The notes beneath the pieces are model-generated. The model saw nothing but the letters and a program-made list of their open reading frames with translations, searched no databases and was not told where the DNA came from. Positions 1 to 10,300 of a stretch of 62,395 nt of DNA are shown here, one piece after another. Position 1 is the stretch's first letter. Each line of letters starts with the position of its first letter. The DNA is from Candidatus Hydrothermota bacterium (lineage in GTDB: Bacteria > Hydrothermota > Hydrothermia > B15-G9 > DRBW01): positions 1-62,395 of the forward strand of contig JAGGUL010000038.1 of the NCBI GenBank assembly GCA_021158525.1, in the 5' to 3' direction. Both the position numbers and the translations under genes were made by a program.

Positions 1-661
1 GGAATACGAGGGTCAGGGGGAGGCCCACAAGGATCCATCTGGTGAAGGTTATTTCCGGCGCGTCGGGGAAGAGGGTTTTCATCTGGCCTGCAAAAACTAT
101 GTTGGGGGGAGTTCCCACGAGGGTCGCTATGCCGCCGAGAGAAGCTGCGTAGGCGATGCTCAGCATCATGGCGGTTTTGAACCTGTCCCCCTCCATGTTA
201 AGCTGGCTTATGACGGCAAGGGCAATTGGAAACAACATCATCGTGGTCGCCGTGTTGGAGATCCACATCGATAAGAAGGCAGTTGCGGCCATAAACCCGA
301 GAATGAGCTTTCTCCTCGATGTCCCGATGAGTAAGGCGATTCGCAGGGCGATTCTCCGGTGCAGGTTGTGCTTTTCCATGGCCCTGGCGATGAAGAAGCC
401 CCCGAGGAACAGGAAGATGTTGCTGTTCGAGTATGGCACCGCGACCTTTTTGGCGCTCATTATCCCGAGAACGGGGAAGAGGAAGAGGGGGAGCAGGGAG
501 GTCGCCGGAATGGGAAGGGCTTCAGTTATCCACCACACGGCTATGAGCCACGCCGAGGCCAGAACCTTTTTGGCGGGTGGCATTATGTCGGGTATGGGGA
601 GGAGCAGGAGGATGATGAAACCGAGAGGACCCAGAAAAAGACCAGTTTTGTTGGCTTTCAC
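1..661 (-). CDS. DASS/SLC13-family Na+-coupled anion (dicarboxylate/sulfate) symporter, N-terminal part; gene runs off the left edge
   Basis: Not in the ORF track (GTG start). Manual minus-strand translation from GTG 661..659 with AGGAG about 8 nt upstream: VKANKTGLFLGPLGFIILLLLP...FFIARAMEKHNLHRRIAL...LSMWISNTATTMMLFPIA...LVGTPPNIVFAG. Multi-TM with the SNT motif typical of DASS carriers. The + ORFs 156..692 and 359..685 are antisense shadows. Confidence 0.75.
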   Translation of the reverse strand, partial: MKANKTGLFLGPLGFIILLLLPIPDIMPPAKKVLASAWLIAVWWITEALPIPATSLLPLFLFPVLGIMSAKKVAVPYSNSNIFLFLGGFFIARAMEKHNLHRRIALRIALLIGTSRRKLILGFMAATAFLSMWISNTATTMMLFPIALAVISQLNMEGDRFKTAMMLSIAYAASLGGIATLVGTPPNIVFAGQMKTLFPDAPEITFTRWILVGLPLTLVF

Positions 662-727
662 CTCTGTCGCTCCTTTCCTGAATAACCAATGATATTGCTC
701 TTCCGCGTTCCTGTCAAAAACTCCCCC

Positions 728-756
728 TTGACAGATGAGTGATGAGGGAGTAATAA
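728..756 (+). promoter_or_regulatory. candidate sigma70 promoter of the tetR-efflux operon
   Basis: TTGACA (728-733), 17-nt spacer, TAATAA (751-756), about 20 nt before the tetR ATG. Confidence 0.4.
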
Positions 757-775
757 TAGGAACCGTAAACTTTGA

Positions 776-1390
776 ATGACCAGTCAGTCAACTCGAGATA
801 TTATATTGAGGGCGGCGAAGGAAGTCTTCGCCGAAAAAGGTTACTTCAGCACTACGGTCGACGATGTGGCGGAAAGGGCTGGGGTAGCCAAGGGCAGTAT
901 CTACACCTATTTCAATTCCAAATACAAGCTTTTCGTGACGGCACTGCTACAGGATTTTGAGAAGATCGTCCGGAAAATCGAAGAGAAAGTCGGGGGTATA
1001 GACAGAATAGAGGAGAGGATCTTGAGGGGCGTCGACATCTACCTAGACTATTTCGAGGAGAACCTGTTTTTCTTCAAGTCCCTCTTTCTGGAGAGGAGGG
1101 TCCTCATAAAGGAAAGCCAGGAGGAAGCAGAGGATGGTTTCTGGAAACTCTACCAGAGGTTCATAGATCAGCTGGCGTCGGCCTTTCAGATCGGAATAGA
1201 TAAGGGAGAGATAAGACCGCTGAATCCCCGCGTTCTGGCAATTGGGCTCATAGGCGGCATAGACAGGATTCTTTTCTCGTGCTTAAGGAAAGAGGAGAAA
1301 ACCAGCCCGAAGGAGAACGTGAAGATATTCCTCGAGGCTTTTTTCGAAGGAGTGAAGAGAACTCCTCCAAAAACTCTCAGGGAGGGTTAA
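776..1390 (+). CDS. TetR/AcrR-family transcriptional regulator
   Basis: N-terminal HTH signature ILRAAKEVFAEKGYFSTTVDDVAERAGVAKGSIYTYFNSKYKLF; 204 aa; heads an efflux operon. Confidence 0.9.
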   Translation: MTSQSTRDIILRAAKEVFAEKGYFSTTVDDVAERAGVAKGSIYTYFNSKYKLFVTALLQDFEKIVRKIEEKVGGIDRIEERILRGVDIYLDYFEENLFFFKSLFLERRVLIKESQEEAEDGFWKLYQRFIDQLASAFQIGIDKGEIRPLNPRVLAIGLIGGIDRILFSCLRKEEKTSPKENVKIFLEAFFEGVKRTPPKTLREG

Positions 1391-1392
1391 GC

Positions 1393-2838
1393 ATGAGTGC
1401 TTTTCTCCTTTTGTACCTGCTCGGAGCTGGAAACCTGTATGAGCTGGCTCTCGAGGACGCCGTCAACATGGCTCTCGAGAGGAACTTACAGGTTCTGGCG
1501 ACCGAGGAGAGCCATAACTCGGCCTACGGAAGTCTCCTACAGGCGAGAAGCGGATTTTTCCCGCAGGTCTCGCTGTCCAGCTCCTATACGTACCTTTCCA
1601 CGATTCAGAAGATGGAGACCTACCACCTGGTGAGGCTTGAGCCAGATCCACAGAACCCCGGAAGTTTCATCCCGGTTTTCGAGAAATCGGAGATGCCCTT
1701 CGGATACAAGAACAACTACGCCTTCGGCCTGACGGTTCAACAACTCCTTTTTTCCTGGGGAAGGCTCATAAACAATTACAAGCTGGCAAAGCACAACCTG
1801 AGGAGCACCGATTACGATATCGAGGCGAAGAAAGAGGTGATAAAGGAAGGTGTCAAAGAGGCCTACTACAATTGTCTCCTGGCCCGGCGCTATCTGGATG
1901 TCCTCAGGGAGACGAGAAAGGATCTGGAAGAGCACTACAATTCGGTCAAAAAGAGGTATGAAGAGGGATTAGCTTCCGACTTCGAGCTCTTGAGGGCCGA
2001 AGTTCAGCTTCGAAATGTTGAACCTCAGATAAAAGCAGCTGAGACAGGGCTTAAAACCGCTTACGACGCGCTGAAACTGCAGCTTAACCTTCCCTTTGAC
2101 GCCCAGATCAGGCTCAAGGACACCCTGGAATACAGGAGCTTCAATGCCGATCTCGATTCTCTCATCAATCTCGCCCTTTCCGAGAGATTCGACCTCAAGA
2201 GCACCGACGAGAAGCTGGAGGTGTTAAAAAAGACCGTGGCTATAGCCAGGGCGGGCAACAAACCCTCTATATTCGCACAATGGGCATACCAGTATCAGAG
2301 GCCCTTCGGATTCGAGGACAAATGGAAGGGCATGTGGACCTTCACAGTGGGCCTGCAGTTTCCCTTCTTCGACGGGTTCAAAACCTATGGTCAGGTCAAA
2401 AGCATGGAGGCTCAGCTGAGACAGGTTAAGTATATGAGAAAGCTTCAGAACAAAGCCATAGCCCTCGAGATCCGGTCCCTTTACAGGGATCTGGAGGCCA
2501 AAGAGGAGGCTCTCAAATCACAGCGAGATAACGTCAAACTCGCCCGCAGGGCCTTTGAGATGGCCGAGGAACAGTACAGAAACGGTTACGTATCTTCGCT
2601 GGACGTGATCGACGCAGAAGTGGCCTATTCCCAGGCCAGATTGTCCTACATATCGGCCCTTCACGACTATAACGTGGCACTCGCGAGGCTCGAGAGGGCT
2701 TTAAAAGCCGGTTCGGAAAGCCCGTCAGGGGCATCGACCGGCATGGAGATGGAAGGAGCTCCCGCTTCCGCTCAGGGAGGTTCTGCTGCGGGTGCAGCGC
2801 CTTCTCAGGGCCAGCGCCCCGGCGGGGCAGGTTTTTAA
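1393..2838 (+). CDS. TolC-like outer membrane efflux protein (OEP family)
   Basis: ORF 1279..2838 trimmed to ATG 1393 (MSAFLLLYLLGAG..., 2 nt after the tetR stop). OEP-type repeats (LEDAVNMALERNLQV...; YRNGYVSSLDVIDAEVAYSQARLSYISALHDYNVALARLERAL). G/A/S/P-rich C-terminal tail. Confidence 0.85.
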   Translation: MSAFLLLYLLGAGNLYELALEDAVNMALERNLQVLATEESHNSAYGSLLQARSGFFPQVSLSSSYTYLSTIQKMETYHLVRLEPDPQNPGSFIPVFEKSEMPFGYKNNYAFGLTVQQLLFSWGRLINNYKLAKHNLRSTDYDIEAKKEVIKEGVKEAYYNCLLARRYLDVLRETRKDLEEHYNSVKKRYEEGLASDFELLRAEVQLRNVEPQIKAAETGLKTAYDALKLQLNLPFDAQIRLKDTLEYRSFNADLDSLINLALSERFDLKSTDEKLEVLKKTVAIARAGNKPSIFAQWAYQYQRPFGFEDKWKGMWTFTVGLQFPFFDGFKTYGQVKSMEAQLRQVKYMRKLQNKAIALEIRSLYRDLEAKEEALKSQRDNVKLARRAFEMAEEQYRNGYVSSLDVIDAEVAYSQARLSYISALHDYNVALARLERALKAGSESPSGASTGMEMEGAPASAQGGSAAGAAPSQGQRPGGAGF

Positions 2839-2846
2839 AGGAGGAG

Positions 2847-3731
2847 ATGAAAATGAAATCATTCGGAGGAAAAAGAATTGGGAGATTCGCGGTCCTGGTT
2901 CCATTTCTGATGAGCGCCCTGCTTTACGCCCAGGAAGGCGAAAGGGAGGCCATGACCGTGGAGGCCGTGAGGGTTCAGAGAGGCGAGATTGCCGAGGTCC
3001 TCGAGTATTTTGGAACCGTTGCCGGCTACGAGGAGGCTCAGGTTTATCCCGACATGCCCGGGAAGCTTCTGGAGTATACCGTGAAGGAAGGAGATGAGGT
3101 CGAGAAAGACCAGGTCATAGCGAAACTCGACCGTTCCGTCCCCGGTCTGGAATTCAAGCCGCTTCTCGTCAAGAGCCCCATAAAAGGGATAGTCGGTATC
3201 CTCTATCTGAAACCGGGGCAGGCCGTCGCCCCACAGGTACCCATCGCTTTCATAAGCAACACCGAGAGCCTCGATGTGGTTGTGGAGATGCCTGAGTCAG
3301 ATCTCAACAGGATAAGAATAGGCGACGAAGTCGACGTTTATCTCGATTCGAACGTAAAAATTCCCGGCAAGGTCCACAGGATAGCCCACGCCCTGAATCC
3401 GATGTCCCGAATGGGAACGGTGAAAGTCCGCCTTCTCAGGAGGCAAAGAGGATTGCGTCCCGGAACCCTCGTCAGGGTCATGGTGAAGACCAGGCTGGTT
3501 AAATCGGCGCTGAAGGTTCCTCTGAGATCCCTGATGAGGTCCGATTCCCTGACTTATGTGTTCGTCGTGGAAGGGGGTAAGACGAGGCGAAGAGAAGTCG
3601 AAACGGGCCTCGTCTCCCGCGGATGGGTGGAGATCAAGAGCGGCCTCCAGGAAGGGGATACGGTGGTCACCCTTGGTGCTGCCGGCCTTCAGGACGGCGA
3701 AGCTGTCAGAATAAGGGGTGAAGTGAAATGA
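2847..3731 (+). CDS. RND efflux periplasmic adaptor (MFP/HlyD family)
   Basis: Signal-like N-terminus, lipoyl-like hairpin VKEGDEVEKDQVIAKLD, beta-barrel C-terminal part. Lies between the TolC-like and RND genes. Confidence 0.85.
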   Translation: MKMKSFGGKRIGRFAVLVPFLMSALLYAQEGEREAMTVEAVRVQRGEIAEVLEYFGTVAGYEEAQVYPDMPGKLLEYTVKEGDEVEKDQVIAKLDRSVPGLEFKPLLVKSPIKGIVGILYLKPGQAVAPQVPIAFISNTESLDVVVEMPESDLNRIRIGDEVDVYLDSNVKIPGKVHRIAHALNPMSRMGTVKVRLLRRQRGLRPGTLVRVMVKTRLVKSALKVPLRSLMRSDSLTYVFVVEGGKTRRREVETGLVSRGWVEIKSGLQEGDTVVTLGAAGLQDGEAVRIRGEVK

Positions 3732-6700
3732 TAAGATTTTCCGTCCGGCGGCCTATAACCATATCGATGTTGATCGGGGTTCTCGTCGTGATGGGTCTCG
3801 TCTCCCTTCAGAAGCTCGGCCTGGACCTTCTGCCGGAACTCTCATTCCCTTCGGTCTCGGTTGTCACCACCTATCCTGGCGTTTCTCCCGAGGACATAGA
3901 GGAGATGATCACTAAGCCCGTGGAGGAAGCGGTGGCCACGGTGAGCGGCGTAAAGAAGCTGACATCCATGTCTATGGAGGGCCTTTCTGTCGTCACAGTT
4001 GAGTTTAACTGGGGAAAGAACCTGGACTTCGCCGCCCAGGACATAAGGGACAAGTTAGGGTTGATCGAGGACTATTTGCCGGAAGATGCGAGCAAACCGC
4101 TGGTTGTGAAATTCGATATAAGCATGATGCCCATCATGGAGGGCTACGCTTCTTATAAGGGGATGAGCCCTGAGGACGTCAGAAAGTTCATAGAGGACCA
4201 CGTTAAGCCCAGGCTCGAGAGGATAGACGGGGTGGCCTCAGTAACGGTTTACGGGGGCAGGGATAAGGAGATCTGGGTAGAGATCGACCGCGGCAAACTC
4301 GAGAACTTCGGCCTTTCACTTCAGGACGTGGTGACGTTCCTCCAGCTTCACAACCTCAACCTTCCTGCCGGCCACATCGTTGAGGGCAGCAAAGAGTATC
4401 TTTTGAGGGCAGTGGGTGAATTCAAGGAGCCCTCCGATATAAACGACGTCGCCGTTGGCTACACGAAGACCGGAACTCCCGTTTTCGTGAGGGACGTGGG
4501 AAGGGTCGTTGAGACCTTATCCGAGAGGAGAAATTACGTCACCGAGAACGGCAAGGAGACCGTCTTTTTTGACGTCTATAAGCAATCAGGAACCAACACA
4601 GTAAAGGTTCTGAATAAAGTGAACGAGGAGTTGAAGAGAATAAAGGCCGATTTCCCTGATTTTGAGCCTGTTGTAGTTTCCGATCAGGCGAAGTTCATAA
4701 AGAGAGCGACGGGCCGTACAACGAACAACGCTCTGGTGGGCGCCCTTCTAGCAGCCCTCATGATCTTTTTCTTCCTGCGAAACTGGAGGCCCACCCTCGT
4801 GGCAGCCCTCGCCATTCCCCTTTCGGTCATAATCACTTTCATCGTTATATACTTCGCCGGCTACACCCTTAACATAATGACCCTGGGAGGGATCGCCCTT
4901 GGCGTGGGAATGCTCGTGGACAACGCGGTCGTGGTAATAGAGAACATCTTCAGACATCTCGAGGAAGGCGAGGACAAGATGAAGGCCGCCATAGACGGAA
5001 CGCGTGAGGTCGGCACTGCCATAAGCGCTTCGACCTTCACCAATATAATCGTTTTCCTCCCCCTGATATTCGTGGGGGGCATTGTCGCTAAAGTGACTCA
5101 CGAGCTTGCCGTCACAGTGGCTGCGACCCTTTTGGCATCCCTTTTCGTTGCTGTCACCATAATTCCTTCGCTGGCCCGTGTCTTCTTCAAGGAGAGGACA
5201 AAAGAAGCTTACGTCAAGGCATTCGGCGAGGTCTGGTTCAATCCCATCAGGCGGTTTTACGAAAGAATTCTCAGAGCTGTACTGAGGCACAGGTTGTTTG
5301 CTGTTTTGGCAGCCGTGATCCTCTTCGTGGCCTCGATCTTGCTCATTCCCAAAGTAGGAGTGGAGTTCATGCCTCAGATAGACAGAGACTTCGGAATGAT
5401 TAGAGTCACCCTGCCCCCGGGGACTGATCTCGACGAGACGTTGAACTACATGCTTCAGCTCGAGGAAATAGCAAAAAGGGACCCCGACGTTAAGATCGTA
5501 GGAAGCATATTGGGAGAATTACAGGAAGCGGAATTGGCCTCGTTTATGGGCGGAACCGGGGTTAATTCGGGGATGCTGTATGTCGTCTTCGTGGACAAGA
5601 AATTCAGAAAGAGGCCTTCCTACGAGACGATTAACGAGATAGTAGCAAAGGTACCCAGCTACAAAGATGCCAAGGTTGAGGTCCTGGACATATCGAAGAT
5701 GGCGTTCCTGGGAGTTGGGGAGAAACCAGTCAACATCAAGATCTACGGGAAAGACCTGAACACCCTCAAAGAGCTTGCGATGAACATAAAGGACAGGATC
5801 GAGGGGACGCCTGGCCTCGTGAGCCCATCCATATCGCTCGAGGAGGCAAAGCCCGAGATCCTCATAAAGATCGACAGAAAAAAAGCGGCTTATTACGGTC
5901 TGACGCCCGTTCAGGTGGAGACAGAATTGCAAGCTGGGCTCCTGGGCAAGGTGGCCACCAGGATAAGGATCAAGGGCGAGGAGATCAACACGAGGGTCAA
6001 GCTGGAGGAGGATCAGACCAAGTTCATGGAGGATATAAAGAGCCTCAGCATCAAGACGCCGCTCGGTACCAGGGTTCCGCTCAAGGAGATAGCTGATATC
6101 TCCTATGGCCTCGGCCCGATCAGGATCGACCGCGAAAACCAGGTTCGTACTGTGGCGGTGGGCGCCAACGTCGCAGGGAGGACGACCGGTGAGGTGGTCA
6201 GGGACCTGAAGAAGAAGTTGGCCGGGTTCACTTTGCCCCCGGGATACACCATGGCCTTTAAGGGCGAATGGGAGGACATACAGGATATGCTGAAGAGCAT
6301 GGCTTTCGCCATCATGGCTGCCATCCTCCTGATCTACATGGTTATGGCGGCCCAGTTCGAATCTTTCAAGGATCCGTTCATAGTGATGTTCACGATGCCC
6401 CTTGCCATTATCGGCGTCGTCTTCTTCTTCCTGGTCACGAGGACGACGATATCCCTTCCCTCGCTCATGGGGACGCTGATCCTCGTGGGAATCGTGGTGA
6501 ACAACGCCATCGTCATGATCGATTACATCAAAAAACTCAGGCAGAGAGGACTTCCGGGGCTCGAGGCTGTGGTGAGGGGAGCTCAGGTGCGTCTCAGGCC
6601 GATCCTCATAACCTCACTGACCACGATCCTGGGAATGGTGCCAATGGCGTTGTCCCGCTCGGAAGGATCGGAGATGCGCGCGCCGATGGCCATCGCCGTT

Positions 6701-6790
6701 ATAGGAGGCCTTCTGACATCGACTTTCCTGACCCTATTTGTCATTCCCACCCTTTACACTTTCTTCGAGAGAATTAAAACGAAGGAATAA
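3728..6790 (+). CDS. RND efflux transporter permease (AcrB/HAE1 family)
   Basis: 1020 aa with a 12-TM AcrB-like pattern (MIRFSVRRPITISMLIGVLVVMG..., GIALGVGMLVDNAVVVIENIFRH, second half mirrored). ATGA overlap with the adaptor gene. Confidence 0.95.
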   Translation: MIRFSVRRPITISMLIGVLVVMGLVSLQKLGLDLLPELSFPSVSVVTTYPGVSPEDIEEMITKPVEEAVATVSGVKKLTSMSMEGLSVVTVEFNWGKNLDFAAQDIRDKLGLIEDYLPEDASKPLVVKFDISMMPIMEGYASYKGMSPEDVRKFIEDHVKPRLERIDGVASVTVYGGRDKEIWVEIDRGKLENFGLSLQDVVTFLQLHNLNLPAGHIVEGSKEYLLRAVGEFKEPSDINDVAVGYTKTGTPVFVRDVGRVVETLSERRNYVTENGKETVFFDVYKQSGTNTVKVLNKVNEELKRIKADFPDFEPVVVSDQAKFIKRATGRTTNNALVGALLAALMIFFFLRNWRPTLVAALAIPLSVIITFIVIYFAGYTLNIMTLGGIALGVGMLVDNAVVVIENIFRHLEEGEDKMKAAIDGTREVGTAISASTFTNIIVFLPLIFVGGIVAKVTHELAVTVAATLLASLFVAVTIIPSLARVFFKERTKEAYVKAFGEVWFNPIRRFYERILRAVLRHRLFAVLAAVILFVASILLIPKVGVEFMPQIDRDFGMIRVTLPPGTDLDETLNYMLQLEEIAKRDPDVKIVGSILGELQEAELASFMGGTGVNSGMLYVVFVDKKFRKRPSYETINEIVAKVPSYKDAKVEVLDISKMAFLGVGEKPVNIKIYGKDLNTLKELAMNIKDRIEGTPGLVSPSISLEEAKPEILIKIDRKKAAYYGLTPVQVETELQAGLLGKVATRIRIKGEEINTRVKLEEDQTKFMEDIKSLSIKTPLGTRVPLKEIADISYGLGPIRIDRENQVRTVAVGANVAGRTTGEVVRDLKKKLAGFTLPPGYTMAFKGEWEDIQDMLKSMAFAIMAAILLIYMVMAAQFESFKDPFIVMFTMPLAIIGVVFFFLVTRTTISLPSLMGTLILVGIVVNNAIVMIDYIKKLRQRGLPGLEAVVRGAQVRLRPILITSLTTILGMVPMALSRSEGSEMRAPMAIAVIGGLLTSTFLTLFVIPTLYTFFERIKTKE

Positions 6791-6815
6791 TTAACAGGAA
6801 CGGAATTTAATTGTG

Positions 6816-6852
6816 GTGGCGTCCCGATCGAAGATCGGGACGCCACTTTTTT
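6816..6852 (+). terminator. rho-independent terminator of the efflux operon
   Basis: Perfect 14-bp stem GTGGCGTCCCGATC-GAA-GATCGGGACGCCAC followed by TTTTTT. Confidence 0.8.
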
Positions 6853-6892
6853 ATAGAAATTCGTCGGGGCCAAAAAATTTGATGGCTTCGTT

Positions 6893-6927
6893 GGGGTCGG
6901 GTCGTGCAGGTTGCACGACCCGACCCC
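6893..6927. repeat. 35-nt GC-rich perfect palindrome, copy A
   Basis: GGGGTCGGGTCGTGCA-GGT-TGCACGACCCGACCCC (16-bp arms). Confidence 0.8.
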
Positions 6928-7148
6928 GTAGAACTTATTGTGGGCTAAGCTTTTAGACGGTATGATCATGTGCGTCAAGTTTATTATCGAGAACCCTTTG
7001 AAAATCAGAAACTTACAGGGTCATTCTGAAAGCTGTGTTTCGGTTGTAAGCTAATGGATAGAGAGGTCGAGCGCCCTCAAAGTAACCGGGGAAATTTATG
7101 CGCACATCCTTATTTTTGCTAACCCCTTGAATTCGAACTGATTAGATG

Positions 7149-7190
7149 GGGGTCGGGCCGTGCAAGTTGCACGGCCCGACCCCGATTTTT
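7149..7190. repeat. 35-nt GC-rich perfect palindrome, copy B, followed by a T-run (terminator-like on +)
   Basis: GGGGTCGGGCCGTGCA-AGT-TGCACGGCCCGACCCC then GATTTTT. Differs from copy A by T->C in the left arm and the matching A->G in the right arm. Confidence 0.8.
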
Positions 7191-7203
7191 CAGATGGCAA
7201 AAA

Positions 7204-7237
7204 TGGTGGGCGGGGGACTGAAGTCCCCCGCCCACCA
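7204..7237. other. long GC hairpin (unrelated sequence)
   Basis: TGGTGGGCGGGGGACT-GA-AGTCCCCCGCCCACCA, 16-nt complementary arms, no T-run. Confidence 0.6.
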
Positions 7238-7331
7238 TTCACCCATAACCGTTTTGAACGGCTGGACTTGTGAGGTTGCACCTGTCGCGTATTCTATTTA
7301 AAGTCGCGACTTAAAAAGGAGGAGTGAGTTT

Positions 7332-10300
7332 ATGAGGATCATACTCCTGTTTCTGCTGTCCCTGAGCGGCCGCTATGAGGGGCCAGTAACGCGAAGCCTG
7401 TCCCCGTTGCCGCCCTCGGCTATCGGTCACCTGTCCTTCGAAAAGTTCTCTCCGCCTATTATGCCACTTCCGGAGGAGCCAAATCCTCAAGGAAGCGGCT
7501 CGAGAAGGTGGAATTACCAGCCCGATGGCTCTTCGAGCTTTCCCGGCGATAATACGATTACCAATTTCCAGGGCATATTTTTCACGGGATGGTTTCCTCC
7601 CGACGTCCAGATCGCAGCAGGACCCGGTTATGTGGGCGAGGTAGTTAATTCGAATATAGCTTTTTATGATACTCTCGGCAACCTTCTGTACAGTAACACA
7701 CTTTACAATTTTTTCTCTCCGCTCTCGCCCTCCAACAATTTCATTTTCGACCCCAAGATTGCCTACGATCCTCTCGGAGGAAGGTGGTTGGTGCTGGCCC
7801 TTCAGCAGAACTCTAATAACAGCGAGTCAAATTATTATCTGGCAGTTTCTCAGAGCTCGAATCCCCTGGGAAGCTGGTATTATTACGCTCTGGATGCCAC
7901 TTTAGATGGGTCAACACCCTCAAACAACTGGGCCGATTACCCAGGGCTCGGGTTTAACGATTGGGGGATCTTTATAACTTCCAATCAGTTTGACTGGAAC
8001 GGGAGCTTTTCCTATCCGAAGCTCAGGGTTCTGGATAAAACCGCTGCCTACAACGGCACACTGAATTCCTGGCACGATTTCTGGAACCTCTCCTATTCTT
8101 CGTCCTGGAAACCCGCCCAGTCCGTGACAGCAACTCAAACCGAGTATATCCTCAGAAGCTATTGGAACGGCAGCAGCTATATCTACGGGTGGAAGGTAAC
8201 GGGATCGGCTTCCTCTCCGAGCATCTCGTCGAGGTATAATATCTCCGTGGCTCCTTACAACCCTCCTCCCAATGCTTCCCAGTACGGTGGCAGCACACCT
8301 CTCAATTCGGGCGATGCGAGAATGCAGGACGTCACATACAAAGATGGCTTTATCTTCGGGACTCTGGGAGAGGAGAATCCGCTTTATTCCGGGTACTGCG
8401 CCTCCAGGTATTTCAGGCTCGATACGACTTTCACCGTGATCGAGGACATTTCCTACGGCGACAGCGGATACAACTATATCTACCCGAGGGTTGCTCCCGC
8501 TAACTCTTTTGTGGCGATGGTCTTCACGCGTTGCGGTCCCCTCGAATTCGCGGGAGTGAGATATACGACAAAAGCTCTGAATGCGACGGCATTCGATCCC
8601 AGCACATTGGTGAAAGCTGGAGAAGCCTATTATGTTCAGCTCGATGGTTCCGGAAGAAATCGGTGGGGCGATTATTCGGGCGCTTACCTCGATCCTTCGG
8701 GCACAAGCGTCTGGGTGTGTGGGGAGTACGCATCCACAAACAACCAGTGGGGAACATGGGTGGCGAGGGTGATACATTCGTCGGGTGATACTGTGCCGCC
8801 GCCGGCTCCGGTTCTCCTGTCGCCTCCCAACATGATTCACACCAATGCTGCCCCGCTCAGTTTCATCTGGAGCTCGGTCCAGGACAGCTCAGGTATTCTT
8901 CGATATGAGCTTCAGTATTCGGTAGACCCATCTTTCAGCGGAGCAAGCACGATAAACGTTTCCGATACGACTTATTCCTTAACTCTCCCCGACACCATAT
9001 ATTACTGGAGGGTGAGAGCTGTCGACAGCGCTTATAACACGGGGAGCTGGTCAAACACGTGGCTCTTTACGCTGGATACCCATCCCCCTGGAGTTCCTGC
9101 CCTGCTTTATCCCCCGAACGGTTCATATCTTGCTACTGCAGATGTGACATTCCAATGGGGATCCGTTGCCGATCCGGGATCAGGCGCAAAACTTTCCCCT
9201 GTCCGCTATATTATCGAGATAAGCAGCATCTCAATGGGAAATACCATCTGCGACACGACCGATACCAACACATACCAGGTTGTGCTCGCGGAAGATATGT
9301 ACATGTGGCGAGTCAGGGCCTTCGACGTGGCAGGAAATGAAGGAGTTTTCAGCTCGCCTGATACCTTCGGTATAGACCTGATCCCTCCCAGCGTGCCCCT
9401 TCTCATATCGCCGGACGACGGTGCCGTTATAAACGATAGCACACCGGATTTCGTGTGGCACAGCTCCTCGGACAATTTAAGCGGCATCCATCACTACGAG
9501 GTCGAGGTTGCCCAGGATCCTTCCTTCGCAGGCTCGACTGTCTATCCTTCGACTGACACCGTTCTGACGATTCCATCAGCCCTCACGGATGGAATGTGGT
9601 ACTGGAGGGTGCTTGCCGTCGACAGCGCGGGGAATTATGGGAATCCCTCAGACTCCAGGAACTTCGAGGTCGATACCGATGTTCCCGATATTCCTGTCCT
9701 CATTTATCCGTCCGACGGAACCGTCACAGGATCGCTTCCCGACCTGATCTGGGGCGAGGTTCTCCGCTCAGCAGAAGAAGACGGGGACAAATCACAGGTC
9801 TTCTACACGCTTCAACTGAGCCCCGATACCTTCTCCGGAACTATCTGGACATATACGTCCCTTTATGACACTGTTTTCTCAGTTCCCGACAGTCTCTTTC
9901 CGCCCGATAGCACCTTCCGCATGTACTGGAGGGTAAGGGCCGAGGATGAAGCCGGGAATGTCGGGCAATTCAGCGGATCGAGAAGCTTTATTTACGATGT
10001 TGTGCCCCCCGAGATAGAGAGCACCGTGGTTTTCGGCGATACGCTCGTGGCACCCGACTCTGTGGCCGTGACGGCTGTCATCAGGGACTATTCCGGAATA
10101 TCGGTCGCTCTCTTACATTACAGGTTCAGCGGAGGAAACTGGATAACGGATACCATGGTCCAGAACGCCGGCGATCTTTACATGGGATATATTAATTTCG
10201 AGTTTGAAGACAGCACCGGTCCGGTGGAATACTACATAGAGGCTTTTGATAATTCCGATCCAGCCAATTCGTCCCGAGACCCGGACTCCGGCTATTATAC

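Noticed and set aside
156-692. The + strand ORFs 156..692 (178 aa) and 359..685 (108 aa)
   Set aside because: They are antisense shadows of the DASS transporter gene (minus strand, GTG start at 661). Their translations are low-complexity R/G/E or M/L/A-rich with no motif.
1279-1392. Upstream extension of the TolC-like ORF (start at 1279)
   Set aside because: It overlaps the 3' end of tetR in another frame and translates to charged non-signal sequence. ATG 1393 gives a proper hydrophobic N-terminus right after the tetR stop.
6963-7112. Small ORFs (29 aa from 6963, 22 aa from 7044) between the two palindromes
   Set aside because: Neither has an SD, the first ATG lies inside the putative -10 box, and there is no compositional or repeat evidence of coding.
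7920-8840. 306-aa minus-strand ORF inside the 1088-aa gene (and similar long antisense ORFs inside the RND, ftsH, kinase, pnp and M1 genes)
   Set aside because: They are antisense to strongly supported genes and give R/P/G/S-rich translations typical of shadow frames in this GC range.
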